IMG/VR virus record: IMGVR_UViG_3300042691_055965
Span: 124,001-188,000 of that record
Reading direction: 5' to 3' (one strand)
DNA length: 64,000 bases
A program made the position numbers and the translations under genes. The notes below the pieces were generated by a model. The model had not been told where the DNA came from. It saw nothing but the letters and a program-made list of their open reading frames with translations, and did no database searches. Below, one piece after another: positions 1 through 8,577 of this stretch. Position 1 is the first letter of the stretch. Each line of letters starts with the position of its first letter.

Positions 1-600
1 TTGCCAATTTATTTTAAGTGATGCGGGACAAATAATTAAAATTTTCTTTGCTCCTGATTCAAGAGCAGATATAATTGTTGATGTTGTTTTACCAAGTCCC
101 ATGTCATCTGCCAAAATAAACTTTTTGTTACCTACCAATTTTTGAATGGCTTCTTTTTGGTGTTCCATTGGAAGTCTATGGTTATACTTTCCGTAATCGA
201 CAACAACGTTTTTAACTTCATTGTCTTTTATTAATGCCGACTTTGGTAACCAAAAATCATGAATAGTTTCACCACTCCAAATTTTTCCCCAAATATGATA
301 TGATTTGTCTTTTTCTACCAACAATTTTTCAACATATATTTCTGTTGGTTCTTTTGTATACATTTTATCTTCTTTAAGTTTTTTTCCAAAATAAGAATCT
401 AACTTAACCCATTTTTTTGCAACTTTCGGGGTTGTATTTTGATAGTTGATAATATACTCAGCTTGACTTCTTGTGGGAGTAAAAGACTTACTATTTAGTT
501 TTTTGTTCTTAAGATTCAATATAAAATTATTAGACCCATTATAGTCTTCTAATATTTCTAATGATTTTTTTTCTGGTGTAGATGATACTAATTCTTCCAT
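1..600 (-). CDS. SNF2/SMARCAL1-like helicase, N-terminal part (runs off window start)
   Basis: Manual translation from ATG at 600: MEELVSSTPEKKSLEIL...PMEHQKEAIQKLVGNKKFILADDMGLGKTTSTI...KKILIICPASLKINWQ. Contains SNF2 motif I (LADDMGLGKT) and motif Ia (IICPASL..NW). Not in the ORF track because it is truncated. Confidence 0.9.
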   Translation of the reverse strand, partial: MEELVSSTPEKKSLEILEDYNGSNNFILNLKNKKLNSKSFTPTRSQAEYIINYQNTTPKVAKKWVKLDSYFGKKLKEDKMYTKEPTEIYVEKLLVEKDKSYHIWGKIWSGETIHDFWLPKSALIKDNEVKNVVVDYGKYNHRLPMEHQKEAIQKLVGNKKFILADDMGLGKTTSTIISALESGAKKILIICPASLKINWQ

Positions 601-605
601 TGCAC

Positions 606-613
606 TATAAATA
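606..613 (-). promoter_or_regulatory. TATTTATA element (putative phage promoter) for the helicase
   Basis: TATAAATA on + is TATTTATA on -, 5 nt upstream of the helicase ATG. Confidence 0.55.
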
Positions 614-647
614 AAAATAGTAAATTCTAATAAATAATCAATTAAAG

Positions 648-655
648 TATTTATA
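648..655 (+). promoter_or_regulatory. TATTTATA element (putative late promoter)
   Basis: 3 nt upstream of ATG 659; the same motif recurs before most structural genes. Confidence 0.6.
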
Positions 656-658
656 GAT

Positions 659-1174
659 ATGGCACAAAATAAAGTTCCAATTACAAGATTAAATAAATTT
701 TTTTCAGAAGAAGATTTCAATTTGGATATTGAAATGGGTTCTGAATGGTTGCATGGTGATATGAATTTTACACTTGTGTTGTATAGGGTTGATAGACAAA
801 AAACAGATAAAGATGATGTTTATGGTGAAACAACGGAAGACGGTATACAATTTTTACCACCTGTCGAATTTAAAGGATTAGTAAAAATAGAAGCACCAAC
901 TAATGTCGACTTGGGTACTTCTAAACTTGCTCAATCAGAACCAGGTAATTTGACAGTCAGTGTTTACCAAAGTTATTTAGATGACATGAACATAGAAATA
1001 TCATTTGGTGATTATATTGGTTATTACGAAACGGAAGATTTTGTAAGATTTTATTCTGTTGTAAATGACGGAAGGGTGTTTGGTGATAATAAGCACACAT
1101 ATGGTGGATACAAAAGATTTTATAGAACAATCACGGCATCACCTGTTAACACAAATGAATTCAAAGGATTATAA
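659..1174 (+). CDS. putative neck/head-completion protein (T4 gp14-like)
   Basis: 171 aa; DDVYGE motif and GD..GY pattern typical of head-closure/neck proteins; lies upstream of the tail terminator and sheath. Confidence 0.55.
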   Translation: MAQNKVPITRLNKFFSEEDFNLDIEMGSEWLHGDMNFTLVLYRVDRQKTDKDDVYGETTEDGIQFLPPVEFKGLVKIEAPTNVDLGTSKLAQSEPGNLTVSVYQSYLDDMNIEISFGDYIGYYETEDFVRFYSVVNDGRVFGDNKHTYGGYKRFYRTITASPVNTNEFKGL

Positions 1175-1176
1175 TA

Positions 1177-2406
1177 ATGGCTTTACCAAAAAAAATAAAA
1201 AAAACTTTACCTTTGATTCCTACCAAAACTGGTAAGGAACGTAGGGAAGAATTACTTCAAGACATAACAAAAGATGGGACTTATCTTCCAAAAGGGGTTT
1301 TACATGCCGACTTGGATAAAGGAATGTTAGATTTTGTTAAAGATAAACTTGAGCTTGTGGTTGACAAAAAAAAAGTCCCAACAATAGATAGAATCATTAC
1401 CAACCAAAGTTGGGCACAATTTACACAAACTTGGGATTTTCAAGATTTAGATAAAAACATAACGTTACCTTTTATCACAACATTAAGGGCTCCCGAAGTA
1501 AAGTACGGTACAAATAATGCGGGTAGAGCAAACATACCTGAAAGACGACAATTTTTTTATTATACAGTACCCACTTGGGACGGACAAAGAAAAGGTGCTG
1601 ATGTTTATAAAATACCACAACCAATCCCTGTGGACTTAACCTTTACGGTTAAATTATTTTGTAATAGAATGCGTGAAGTCAATGAGTTCAACAAAATTTT
1701 GATGAGGACTTTCACATCTAAACAAGCTTACACACAAATAAAAGGACATTATATTCCATTAACGTTAGAAGATGTTAGTGATGAATCTGCTAAAGAATTA
1801 GAAAAAAGGAAATATTATATTGCAAGTTATAAGATTTTGATGATGGGACTTTTAATTGATGAAGAAGAATTTGAAGTTACACCAGCAATTTCAAGGCAAC
1901 TAACGTTGTTTGAATTTACAACAAACAATAGAAAAAAACGTGCAGTAATTGAACCGTCAAATCCAACAAACTTCGATTTAGATTTTACATTCGTAACAGG
2001 GAACACACAACTTACTGAAGTTTTTAGATATGATGCTGATATTGTTGTTGATAGTATCGTGAATTTAGATAACTGTTATTCAGTAACATATTCTTCAATA
2101 ACAAATAACACCCTAACGTACACTGATTGTTCAGGTGTTATCACTACAGTCCCAACCAATTCAGGTGATACTAATACTATATGTGTAAAATCAGCAACAG
2201 CACCAACATTCACGGTTTCATCGGGTGGAACAATTACTGAAGGGGTGTCTTGTGCTTCAAGTTATTCTGTGTATATAAACAACAATTATATTGGAGATAA
2301 TGTTCCTGTGATACAAATTAGTAGTGGTGATACCTTAAAAATAATTGCTTACAAAAATAACCCATCTGAAGTTTCGATTATTAAAACTAAAGTGTCACTT
2401 ATTTAA
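1177..2406 (+). CDS. putative tail terminator/sheath stabiliser (T4 gp15-like) with a C-terminal beta-rich, Cys-containing extension
   Basis: LPFIT..R and P.PVDLTFTV segments resemble gp15-type proteins; directly upstream of sheath; Ser/Thr-rich C-terminal domain. Confidence 0.55.
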   Translation: MALPKKIKKTLPLIPTKTGKERREELLQDITKDGTYLPKGVLHADLDKGMLDFVKDKLELVVDKKKVPTIDRIITNQSWAQFTQTWDFQDLDKNITLPFITTLRAPEVKYGTNNAGRANIPERRQFFYYTVPTWDGQRKGADVYKIPQPIPVDLTFTVKLFCNRMREVNEFNKILMRTFTSKQAYTQIKGHYIPLTLEDVSDESAKELEKRKYYIASYKILMMGLLIDEEEFEVTPAISRQLTLFEFTTNNRKKRAVIEPSNPTNFDLDFTFVTGNTQLTEVFRYDADIVVDSIVNLDNCYSVTYSSITNNTLTYTDCSGVITTVPTNSGDTNTICVKSATAPTFTVSSGGTITEGVSCASSYSVYINNNYIGDNVPVIQISSGDTLKIIAYKNNPSEVSIIKTKVSLI

Positions 2407-2556
2407 TTATTCACCATACAAGTCTTTTGGTTTTTCACAAGTTTTTCTTATAAGACTTTCTATAAATTTGTGAATTTTTAATCCTTTTGCTTCGCAGTAT
2501 TTTTTTAACATAAAATGACTTTCTTCTGAAATCTTTATATTTTTAATTTTTTTCAT
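2407..2556 (-). CDS. 49-aa putative ribbon-helix-helix DNA-binding protein
   Basis: MKKIKNIKISEESHFMLKKYCEAKGLKIHKFIESLIRKTCEKPKDLYGE: alternating beta strand (KNIKIS), helix, G turn, helix. Has TATTTAT 4 nt upstream on its own strand. Below the ORF-track length cut-off. Confidence 0.65.
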   Translation of the reverse strand: MKKIKNIKISEESHFMLKKYCEAKGLKIHKFIESLIRKTCEKPKDLYGE

Positions 2557-2573
2557 ATTAATAAATATTTTTT

Positions 2574-2593
2574 AAGGTAGAAAAAAGGTAGAA
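2574..2593. repeat. AAGGTAGAA direct repeat x2 (11-bp period), candidate operator
   Basis: Copies at 2574-2582 and 2585-2593 in the divergent intergenic region between the RHH gene and the sheath. Confidence 0.4.
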
Positions 2594-2653
2594 TTTTTTC
2601 ATACTATATGTCCTAATAAAATAATCAACAAAGTTTTTTACAGATTTTGAACA

Positions 2654-2661
2654 TATTTATA
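2654..2661 (+). promoter_or_regulatory. TATTTATA element upstream of the tail sheath
   Basis: Exact motif in the intergenic region. Confidence 0.6.
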
Positions 2662-2693
2662 TAGTAAAATAAATCTATATATAAATTTTAAAA

Positions 2694-5600
2694 ATGGCAT
2701 CTACAAACAAAGTATTCGTTTCGCCTGGAGTTTATACTTCAGAAAGAGATTTAACTTTTGTTGCCCAAAGTGTGGGGGTAACTACATTGGGGATTGTTGG
2801 TGAAACCTTACAGGGTCCAGCCTTCGAACCTATTTTCATAACTAATTTCGACGAATATCAAGTATATTTCGGTGGAACAAGTCCTGAAAAATTCACAAAC
2901 ACACAAATACCTAAATACGAAACATCTTATATTGCAAAAGCGTATTTGCAACAATCAAATCAATTATTTGTTACAAGAGTTTTAGGTTTGTCAGGTTATG
3001 ACGCTGGACCGTCTTGGTCAATTACAACTATTGGTAATGTTGATCCAGGAACTATTGGTTTATCTGCAAATACATCAGGTGTACAAATCGTTAACTTTAC
3101 TGGAACTACAGGCGGAAGTTCTAACGTTGTTATTACAGGTACATTACCATCTCTTATTTCATCAGATTTTTACAATCCATACACTACATTCAACGGGGGT
3201 ACATCTTCTTTGAATGCTAATTTCCAATCGTTTATTGCAAACGAAATCGTTTACCAATCAACCGCATCTTTAAATGCTCAATCAGGTACAACCGCATTAT
3301 TTTGGGGTACAGTAAGTGATGCGACTTTTAACTCTGTTACAGGTGCAACAATTGGTGCAGGATTAAGTGCGTATTCAGAAACTTTTGGTGTAAGTAATGT
3401 ATTATTATCTCAAGCAAATTTATCAGCAACAACAAACGATCCTTGGTACTACGCATTATTTGACTATTCACAAGTTGCAAGTGTTGGTTCTTACGATGGT
3501 TATGGTTTTGGTACTACTTTAGGAGCAATCAATTCTATCGGTGTTGGTTCTTATTCAGGTTATTGTATTATTTCAGGTACAACATATTCAGGTACACCGT
3601 ATTCAGGTTGGGATGATTTAGTTATTGCAACTTTAAGAAGTAGAGGTATCACTAACTATTCTTCAACACAACACGGGCCATTGTATCAAGTTACAGGTAT
3701 AACCGATGTTCAAATGGTTTGTACTGGTTCATATTCGGCGGTAACTAAAGACCCATATGCAACATTTGTTGTAAGTGGTATTACAAAAGATGCTGATACG
3801 TTCACTTTTGAAACATCATTGTTAAGTACGGATACTGAATATCTTTCTAAAGTATTTGGAAGAAGTAACTTTGGTAAAGATAGAACTGAAGTTCCTTTAT
3901 TTGTTGAAGAAGTTTATTCAAGTTTATTATTGAACGGATACAGACAAGGTAAGGTACGAGGTTTGAATTGTGATTTAATCGAATTGGATAGTGCGGTTTC
4001 ACAAGCATCAGGTTCAATAGGTTTTTATTTAGAACAATATCAAACACCAGAAACCCCTTATTTGGTTTCTGAACTTCGTGGTAATAAAGTTTATAAGTTA
4101 TTTAAGTTCAAACTTATTTCTGATGGAAATGCTGCAAACAGACTTGTTAAGATTTCAATTGGAAACGTTTCTTTTAACAATGGAACATTTGATGTATTTG
4201 TCAGAGACTTCTATGACAACGATCAAAACGTAAGAGTTATCGAAAGTTTCACGAATTGTTCATTAAATCCATCTTTGAATAATTATGTAGCAAACAAAAT
4301 AGGTACAGCTAATGGTGAATACAACTTAAATTCTAAATACATAATGTTAGAAATGAGTGATGAAGCACCTGAAGATGCACTTCCTTGTGGATTTGAAGGT
4401 TACATTATGAGAAACTATAATCAAGCACAACCACCATTTATAGTTTACAAAACAAGATACTTACAACCTGGTGACGTTATTTACAACCCACCATTTGGTT
4501 CTACAAGTGGAGCTGATAATCCTGTTATTTCAAACGGTGAAAACCCAAGAAAGGCATACTTAGGTATATCTAATATTACTGGTGTTGACTATGATTATTT
4601 TGAATACAAAGGTAAACAATTACCTGCTAATTTAGAAACTGATACTACAGGTCCAAGTTGGACTTATCAAATCAAAGGGTTCCACATGGATAGTGGGGCA
4701 ACTGTGGTAACTATGTTTGATACATTAACATCAGCAACTACACAAGCGTTTGAAGTAGGTGCTGGAAGTTTTAATTCAGAACCAACTGATCCTGATAACC
4801 CTTATTACAGATTGAACACACGTAAATTTACTTTGTATCCTTATGGTGGTTTCGATGGATGGGATATCTATAGAGAATATAGAACAAACAGTGACACATA
4901 TGCTCTTGGACAAACAGGTTATAAATATGGTGCGGCACCATCATCACAATTCCCTACAGCAACAGGATGGGGAGCGTTCAAACAAATTTCAGGTCCTAAT
5001 CAAGAAGTGTGGGCAAATACTGACTATTACGCATACAAATGGGGACAAACAACTTTTGCTAACCCTGAAGCGGTAAACATTAACGTATTTACAACACCTG
5101 GTATTGATTATGTTAACAACTCAAATCTTGTTGAAGATGCGATTGATATGGTTGAAACAGATAGAGCGGATTCAATTTACATATGTACTACACCTGATTT
5201 CAACTTGTTCTTACCAACATTTAGTGATGTAACAGAAGGTTTAATTTATCCACAAGAAGCGGTAGACAACCTTGAAGAAACAGGAATTGATTCAAACTAT
5301 ACAGCAACCTATTATCCTTGGGTATTGACAAGGGATTCAGTTAATAACACACAGATTTATTTACCAGCAACTGCTGAAGTAACTAAAAACTTGGCGTTGA
5401 CTGATAACATTGCATTCCCTTGGTTCGCATCTGCAGGTTACACAAGAGGTTTAGTAAATTCAATTAAAGCTCGTAAGAAGTTAACACAAGAAGATAGAGA
5501 TACTTTATATAAAGGAAGAATCAATCCAATTGCTACTTTTTCTGATGTGGGTACAGTAATTTGGGGTAACAAAACTTTACAAATTAGAGAGTCTGCTCTT

Positions 5601-5912
5601 GACAGAATTAATGTTAGAAGATTGTTGTTACAAGCAAGAAAACTAATTTCAGCAGTAGCAGTAAGATTACTATTCGAACAAAACGATGATAAAGTAAGAC
5701 AAGACTTCTTGGATTCTGTAAACCCAATTTTGGATTCAATTAGAAGAGATAGAGGTTTAATTGACTTTAGAGTAACTGTTTCTAACACACCTGAAGATTT
5801 AGATTCAAATACATTGACAGGTAAAATCTTCTTAAAACCAACAAGAGCGTTAGAATACATTGACATCGAGTTTGTGATTACACCAACAGGAGCATCATTT
5901 GATGACGTTTAA
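2694..5912 (+). CDS. contractile tail sheath protein
   Basis: N-terminal FVSPGVYTSERD and GPAFEP; C-terminal PWFASAGYTRG, INPI, IWGNKTL, RINVRRL and KPTRALEYIDIEF are classic sheath motifs. Confidence 0.96.
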   Translation: MASTNKVFVSPGVYTSERDLTFVAQSVGVTTLGIVGETLQGPAFEPIFITNFDEYQVYFGGTSPEKFTNTQIPKYETSYIAKAYLQQSNQLFVTRVLGLSGYDAGPSWSITTIGNVDPGTIGLSANTSGVQIVNFTGTTGGSSNVVITGTLPSLISSDFYNPYTTFNGGTSSLNANFQSFIANEIVYQSTASLNAQSGTTALFWGTVSDATFNSVTGATIGAGLSAYSETFGVSNVLLSQANLSATTNDPWYYALFDYSQVASVGSYDGYGFGTTLGAINSIGVGSYSGYCIISGTTYSGTPYSGWDDLVIATLRSRGITNYSSTQHGPLYQVTGITDVQMVCTGSYSAVTKDPYATFVVSGITKDADTFTFETSLLSTDTEYLSKVFGRSNFGKDRTEVPLFVEEVYSSLLLNGYRQGKVRGLNCDLIELDSAVSQASGSIGFYLEQYQTPETPYLVSELRGNKVYKLFKFKLISDGNAANRLVKISIGNVSFNNGTFDVFVRDFYDNDQNVRVIESFTNCSLNPSLNNYVANKIGTANGEYNLNSKYIMLEMSDEAPEDALPCGFEGYIMRNYNQAQPPFIVYKTRYLQPGDVIYNPPFGSTSGADNPVISNGENPRKAYLGISNITGVDYDYFEYKGKQLPANLETDTTGPSWTYQIKGFHMDSGATVVTMFDTLTSATTQAFEVGAGSFNSEPTDPDNPYYRLNTRKFTLYPYGGFDGWDIYREYRTNSDTYALGQTGYKYGAAPSSQFPTATGWGAFKQISGPNQEVWANTDYYAYKWGQTTFANPEAVNINVFTTPGIDYVNNSNLVEDAIDMVETDRADSIYICTTPDFNLFLPTFSDVTEGLIYPQEAVDNLEETGIDSNYTATYYPWVLTRDSVNNTQIYLPATAEVTKNLALTDNIAFPWFASAGYTRGLVNSIKARKKLTQEDRDTLYKGRINPIATFSDVGTVIWGNKTLQIRESALDRINVRRLLLQARKLISAVAVRLLFEQNDDKVRQDFLDSVNPILDSIRRDRGLIDFRVTVSNTPEDLDSNTLTGKIFLKPTRALEYIDIEFVITPTGASFDDV

Positions 5913-5950
5913 TAAAAAAGGGGGTAGAAATACCCCCATAATTTATTTTT
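5913..5950. terminator. intrinsic terminator hairpin, possibly bidirectional
   Basis: GGGGGTA-GAAA-TACCCCC (5920-5937) with an A-tract upstream and a T-rich tract downstream. Confidence 0.75.
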
Positions 5951-5962
5951 TATTTAATAGAT

Positions 5963-6100
5963 ATGAAAATTGAAAAAAAAATCATTAAGGAAAGTTTAAA
6001 TGATAAAACAATTCACGTAAAAACATTTTCTAAAAATAAACAAAACATAGTTATTTCAGAAAAACAACTTGAAAAGTTATTGGAAAATCTTCAAAAGTGA
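5963..6100 (+). CDS. 45-aa hypothetical protein
   Basis: MKIEKKIIKESLNDKTIHVKTFSKNKQNIVISEKQLEKLLENLQK; its stop overlaps the next ATG (TGATG); preceded by TATTTAA. Confidence 0.6.
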   Translation: MKIEKKIIKESLNDKTIHVKTFSKNKQNIVISEKQLEKLLENLQK

Positions 6101-6978
6101 TGGATATTAGAAAACATATTTTGGAATACCACAAGAAAAAAATTACAGAGGGATTCACGTCTGAAGGTGAACCTGATACAAAATATTATGCTTTTGATTG
6201 GGACGACAACATTATGTTTATGCCAACGAAAATAATGGTTCTTTCCGACAACGATGAAGAAATAGGAATGTCTACCGAAGATTTCGCAGAACACCGACAT
6301 CAAATAGGTAGTGAACCTTTTGAATATAAGGGGGCAACTATTGTGAATTATGCACCTAATCCATTTAGATATTTTGGTGTAGAAGGTGACAAAAGATTTA
6401 TTATTGATTGTATGACAGCACCTGTCGGTCCTTCGTGGAATGATTTTGTGGAATGCATCAATGGAGGTTCAATATTTGCAATTATAACAGCAAGAGGACA
6501 TACACCTTCAGTGTTAAAAGAAGCAGTTAAAAATCTAATTGTGTCCAACAAAAATGGAGTCAACTACAAAGAAGTGATAGAAAACCTTAAAAAGTATGAA
6601 CAAATAATAAATCAGTCTGAATCAGTAAATGAGCAAGTTGACATAAATTTCAACGGAAAAGAATTGTTAGAAAGTTATTTAGATAGGTGTATGTTTGCTC
6701 CTGTTTCTTATGGTGAAGGAAGTGCATCTAATCCTGAAGAAGGAAAAATCAAAGCAATGAGAAAATTTATTACATATTGTAAAGAATTGGCAAATATGAT
6801 TAAAAAACCAGGAAAGTTCAAAAATGATGTTGTTAACGATGAAATTATCCCATTTATAGGTTTTTCAGACGACGATCCAAGAAATATAGAAAAAATGTCA
6901 CAATTTTTAGAAAAGGAATATTCAGATAAACCAGTAAGAACATATTTAACTAAAGGAGGTACTAAAGAAGAAATATAA
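6100..6978 (+). CDS. HAD-superfamily phosphatase-like protein
   Basis: Motif I FDWDDN, motif II ITARG, a conserved Lys (EEGK), motif IV GFSDDD. Probable start ATG 6100 (track gives GTG 6097). Confidence 0.7.
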   Translation: MDIRKHILEYHKKKITEGFTSEGEPDTKYYAFDWDDNIMFMPTKIMVLSDNDEEIGMSTEDFAEHRHQIGSEPFEYKGATIVNYAPNPFRYFGVEGDKRFIIDCMTAPVGPSWNDFVECINGGSIFAIITARGHTPSVLKEAVKNLIVSNKNGVNYKEVIENLKKYEQIINQSESVNEQVDINFNGKELLESYLDRCMFAPVSYGEGSASNPEEGKIKAMRKFITYCKELANMIKKPGKFKNDVVNDEIIPFIGFSDDDPRNIEKMSQFLEKEYSDKPVRTYLTKGGTKEEI

Positions 6979-7040
6979 CTTATACTAGTAGTATATTTTC
7001 AAAATAGACAAAAGTAAATAGAAAAAAATAAAACAATAAA

Positions 7041-7047
7041 TATTTAT
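7041..7047 (+). promoter_or_regulatory. TATTTAT element upstream of the tail tube
   Basis: Motif in the intergenic region. Confidence 0.55.
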
Positions 7048-7077
7048 CTAATAAATAAAAGACAAAAAAAATAGACA

Positions 7078-7566
7078 ATGGCTGATTTGTTAATGAAAAT
7101 GCCCTTTCAGTATGAACCTAAAAGAGCTAACCGATTTATAATTACTTTCCCAACATCCTTGGGTATCAACTCTTGGTATGTTGAAAGTACGTCACGACCG
7201 AGTATTAAAATAGAATCCAAAGATATTCCTTTCTTAAATACTAAAACTTATGTTGCTAGTACTTTTGAATGGGAAACAATTAATGTAAAGTTTAGAGATC
7301 CAATCGGACCTTCTGCATCACAAGCATTAATGGAATGGGTTCGATTACACGCTGAATCAGTAACAGGACGTATGGGTTATGCTGCTGGTTATAAAAAAGA
7401 TGTTGATTTGGAACTTTTAGACCCAACGGGGGTTGCTGTTGAAAAATGGATTTTACAAGGATGTTTCTTAGAAGGTGTTAAATTTGGTGACTTAGGTTAC
7501 GATAAAGCGGATATCATGACTGTTGATGCTACACTTCGTCCTGACAGATGTATATTAGTTTACTAA
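7078..7566 (+). CDS. tail tube protein (T4 gp19-like)
   Basis: 162 aa; EPKRANRF, RP, WETINVKFRD, EW, YKKD..L..LDP.G..VEKW.L.G motifs; follows the sheath. Confidence 0.92.
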   Translation: MADLLMKMPFQYEPKRANRFIITFPTSLGINSWYVESTSRPSIKIESKDIPFLNTKTYVASTFEWETINVKFRDPIGPSASQALMEWVRLHAESVTGRMGYAAGYKKDVDLELLDPTGVAVEKWILQGCFLEGVKFGDLGYDKADIMTVDATLRPDRCILVY

Positions 7567-7584
7567 AACAAAACAAATTTTTTC

Positions 7585-7612
7585 AAAACCCATCTATCAA
7601 GGTGGGTTTTTT
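7585..7612 (+). terminator. intrinsic terminator
   Basis: AAAACCCATC-TATCAA-GGTGGGTTTT followed by a T run. Confidence 0.75.
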
Positions 7613-7613
7613 G

Positions 7614-7642
7614 TTTACATAAAATTCTTGTAGACTTATACT
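7614..7642 (+). promoter_or_regulatory. possible sigma70-like promoter
   Basis: TTTACA-N17-TATACT just after the terminator and before ATG 7656; the AT-rich context weakens it. Confidence 0.35.
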
Positions 7643-7655
7643 TAAAATAAAAACT

Positions 7656-8408
7656 ATGGATCAAACAGCGGCATATGGACAACAAAATTTTAACTTACCA
7701 CACGATGTTGTAAAATTACCTTCAAAAGGTGTATTTTATAAACCAAAAAAAGAATCATTGAAAATAGGTTATTTAACGGCAAGTGATGAAAATTTATTGA
7801 TGTCACAAAATAGTTCATCTGACAATTTAATAACAACACTTTTAAGAAACAAAGTATATGAACCTGGATTTGACATAAATCAGTTGTTAAATACTGATGT
7901 ACAAGCAATTCTTATATTTTTAAGAAATACTTCGTTTGGACCTGAATATAATATATCGGTTAAAGATCCTGTAACAGGAACATACTTTGAAACAACCTTA
8001 ATGATGGATGCGATTGATTTTGAAAAACAAACGGTATTTCCTGACGAAAATGGTTTATTTACTTTCAAACTACCAAAGAGTAACAAAGAAGTAAAATTTA
8101 AATTGTTGTCTTTAGCAGACGAAAAAGAAATAGAAAATTTCACAAAAAGTTACCCACAAGGAATGGTTGCACCTACAGTCACAAAAAGATTAGAAAAACA
8201 TATTGTTGAAATTGATGGTGAAAAAGATAAAGGTAATATATCACAATTCATTTTACAAATGCCAATAATGGATTCGAAAGAACTAAAAAAATTCATTGAT
8301 GTTTGCGAACCTAAACTTGATTTAAAAAGAACAGTAATAGCCCCGTCAGGAGAAAAGGTAACAGTGAATATGTCCTTTGGGGTTGAATTTTTTCGTCCTT
8401 TCTTCTGA
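7656..8408 (+). CDS. baseplate hub/tail assembly chaperone (T4 gp26-like)
   Basis: LPS.G..Y, LT..DE..L, D..AILIFLR..SFG..Y and a repeated LPKS...VKFK; ends in FF; lies between tube and tape measure. Confidence 0.75.
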   Translation: MDQTAAYGQQNFNLPHDVVKLPSKGVFYKPKKESLKIGYLTASDENLLMSQNSSSDNLITTLLRNKVYEPGFDINQLLNTDVQAILIFLRNTSFGPEYNISVKDPVTGTYFETTLMMDAIDFEKQTVFPDENGLFTFKLPKSNKEVKFKLLSLADEKEIENFTKSYPQGMVAPTVTKRLEKHIVEIDGEKDKGNISQFILQMPIMDSKELKKFIDVCEPKLDLKRTVIAPSGEKVTVNMSFGVEFFRPFF

Positions 8409-8421
8409 TCACAAAAAAAAT

Positions 8422-8547
8422 ATGCTTGACGAAATTTTTTATTTGTGTAAACATGCAAATTTTTCGTATTCTGACATATTAAATATGCCAACATATGAAA
8501 GAAGATATTTTATTGACAAACTAATCGAGAGTTTTCAAAAAAATTAA
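8422..8547 (+). CDS. gp51-like small baseplate/tail assembly protein, possibly the frameshifted C-terminus of the upstream gene
   Basis: MLDEIFYLCKHANFSYSDILNMPTYERRYFIDKLIESFQKN; the MP.YER..F pattern is typical of gp51-like proteins; frame is open back to 8368. Confidence 0.7.
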   Translation: MLDEIFYLCKHANFSYSDILNMPTYERRYFIDKLIESFQKN

Positions 8548-8554
8548 AGAAATC

Positions 8555-8562
8555 TATTTATA
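8555..8562 (+). promoter_or_regulatory. TATTTATA element
   Basis: Exact motif 15 nt before ATG 8578. Confidence 0.6.
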
Positions 8563-8577
8563 TAAAAAGATTTACGT

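Noticed and set aside
5438-5866. 142-aa minus-strand ORF and other short nested ORFs in the track
   Set aside because: Fully overlap well-supported genes; explained by codon bias on the coding strand
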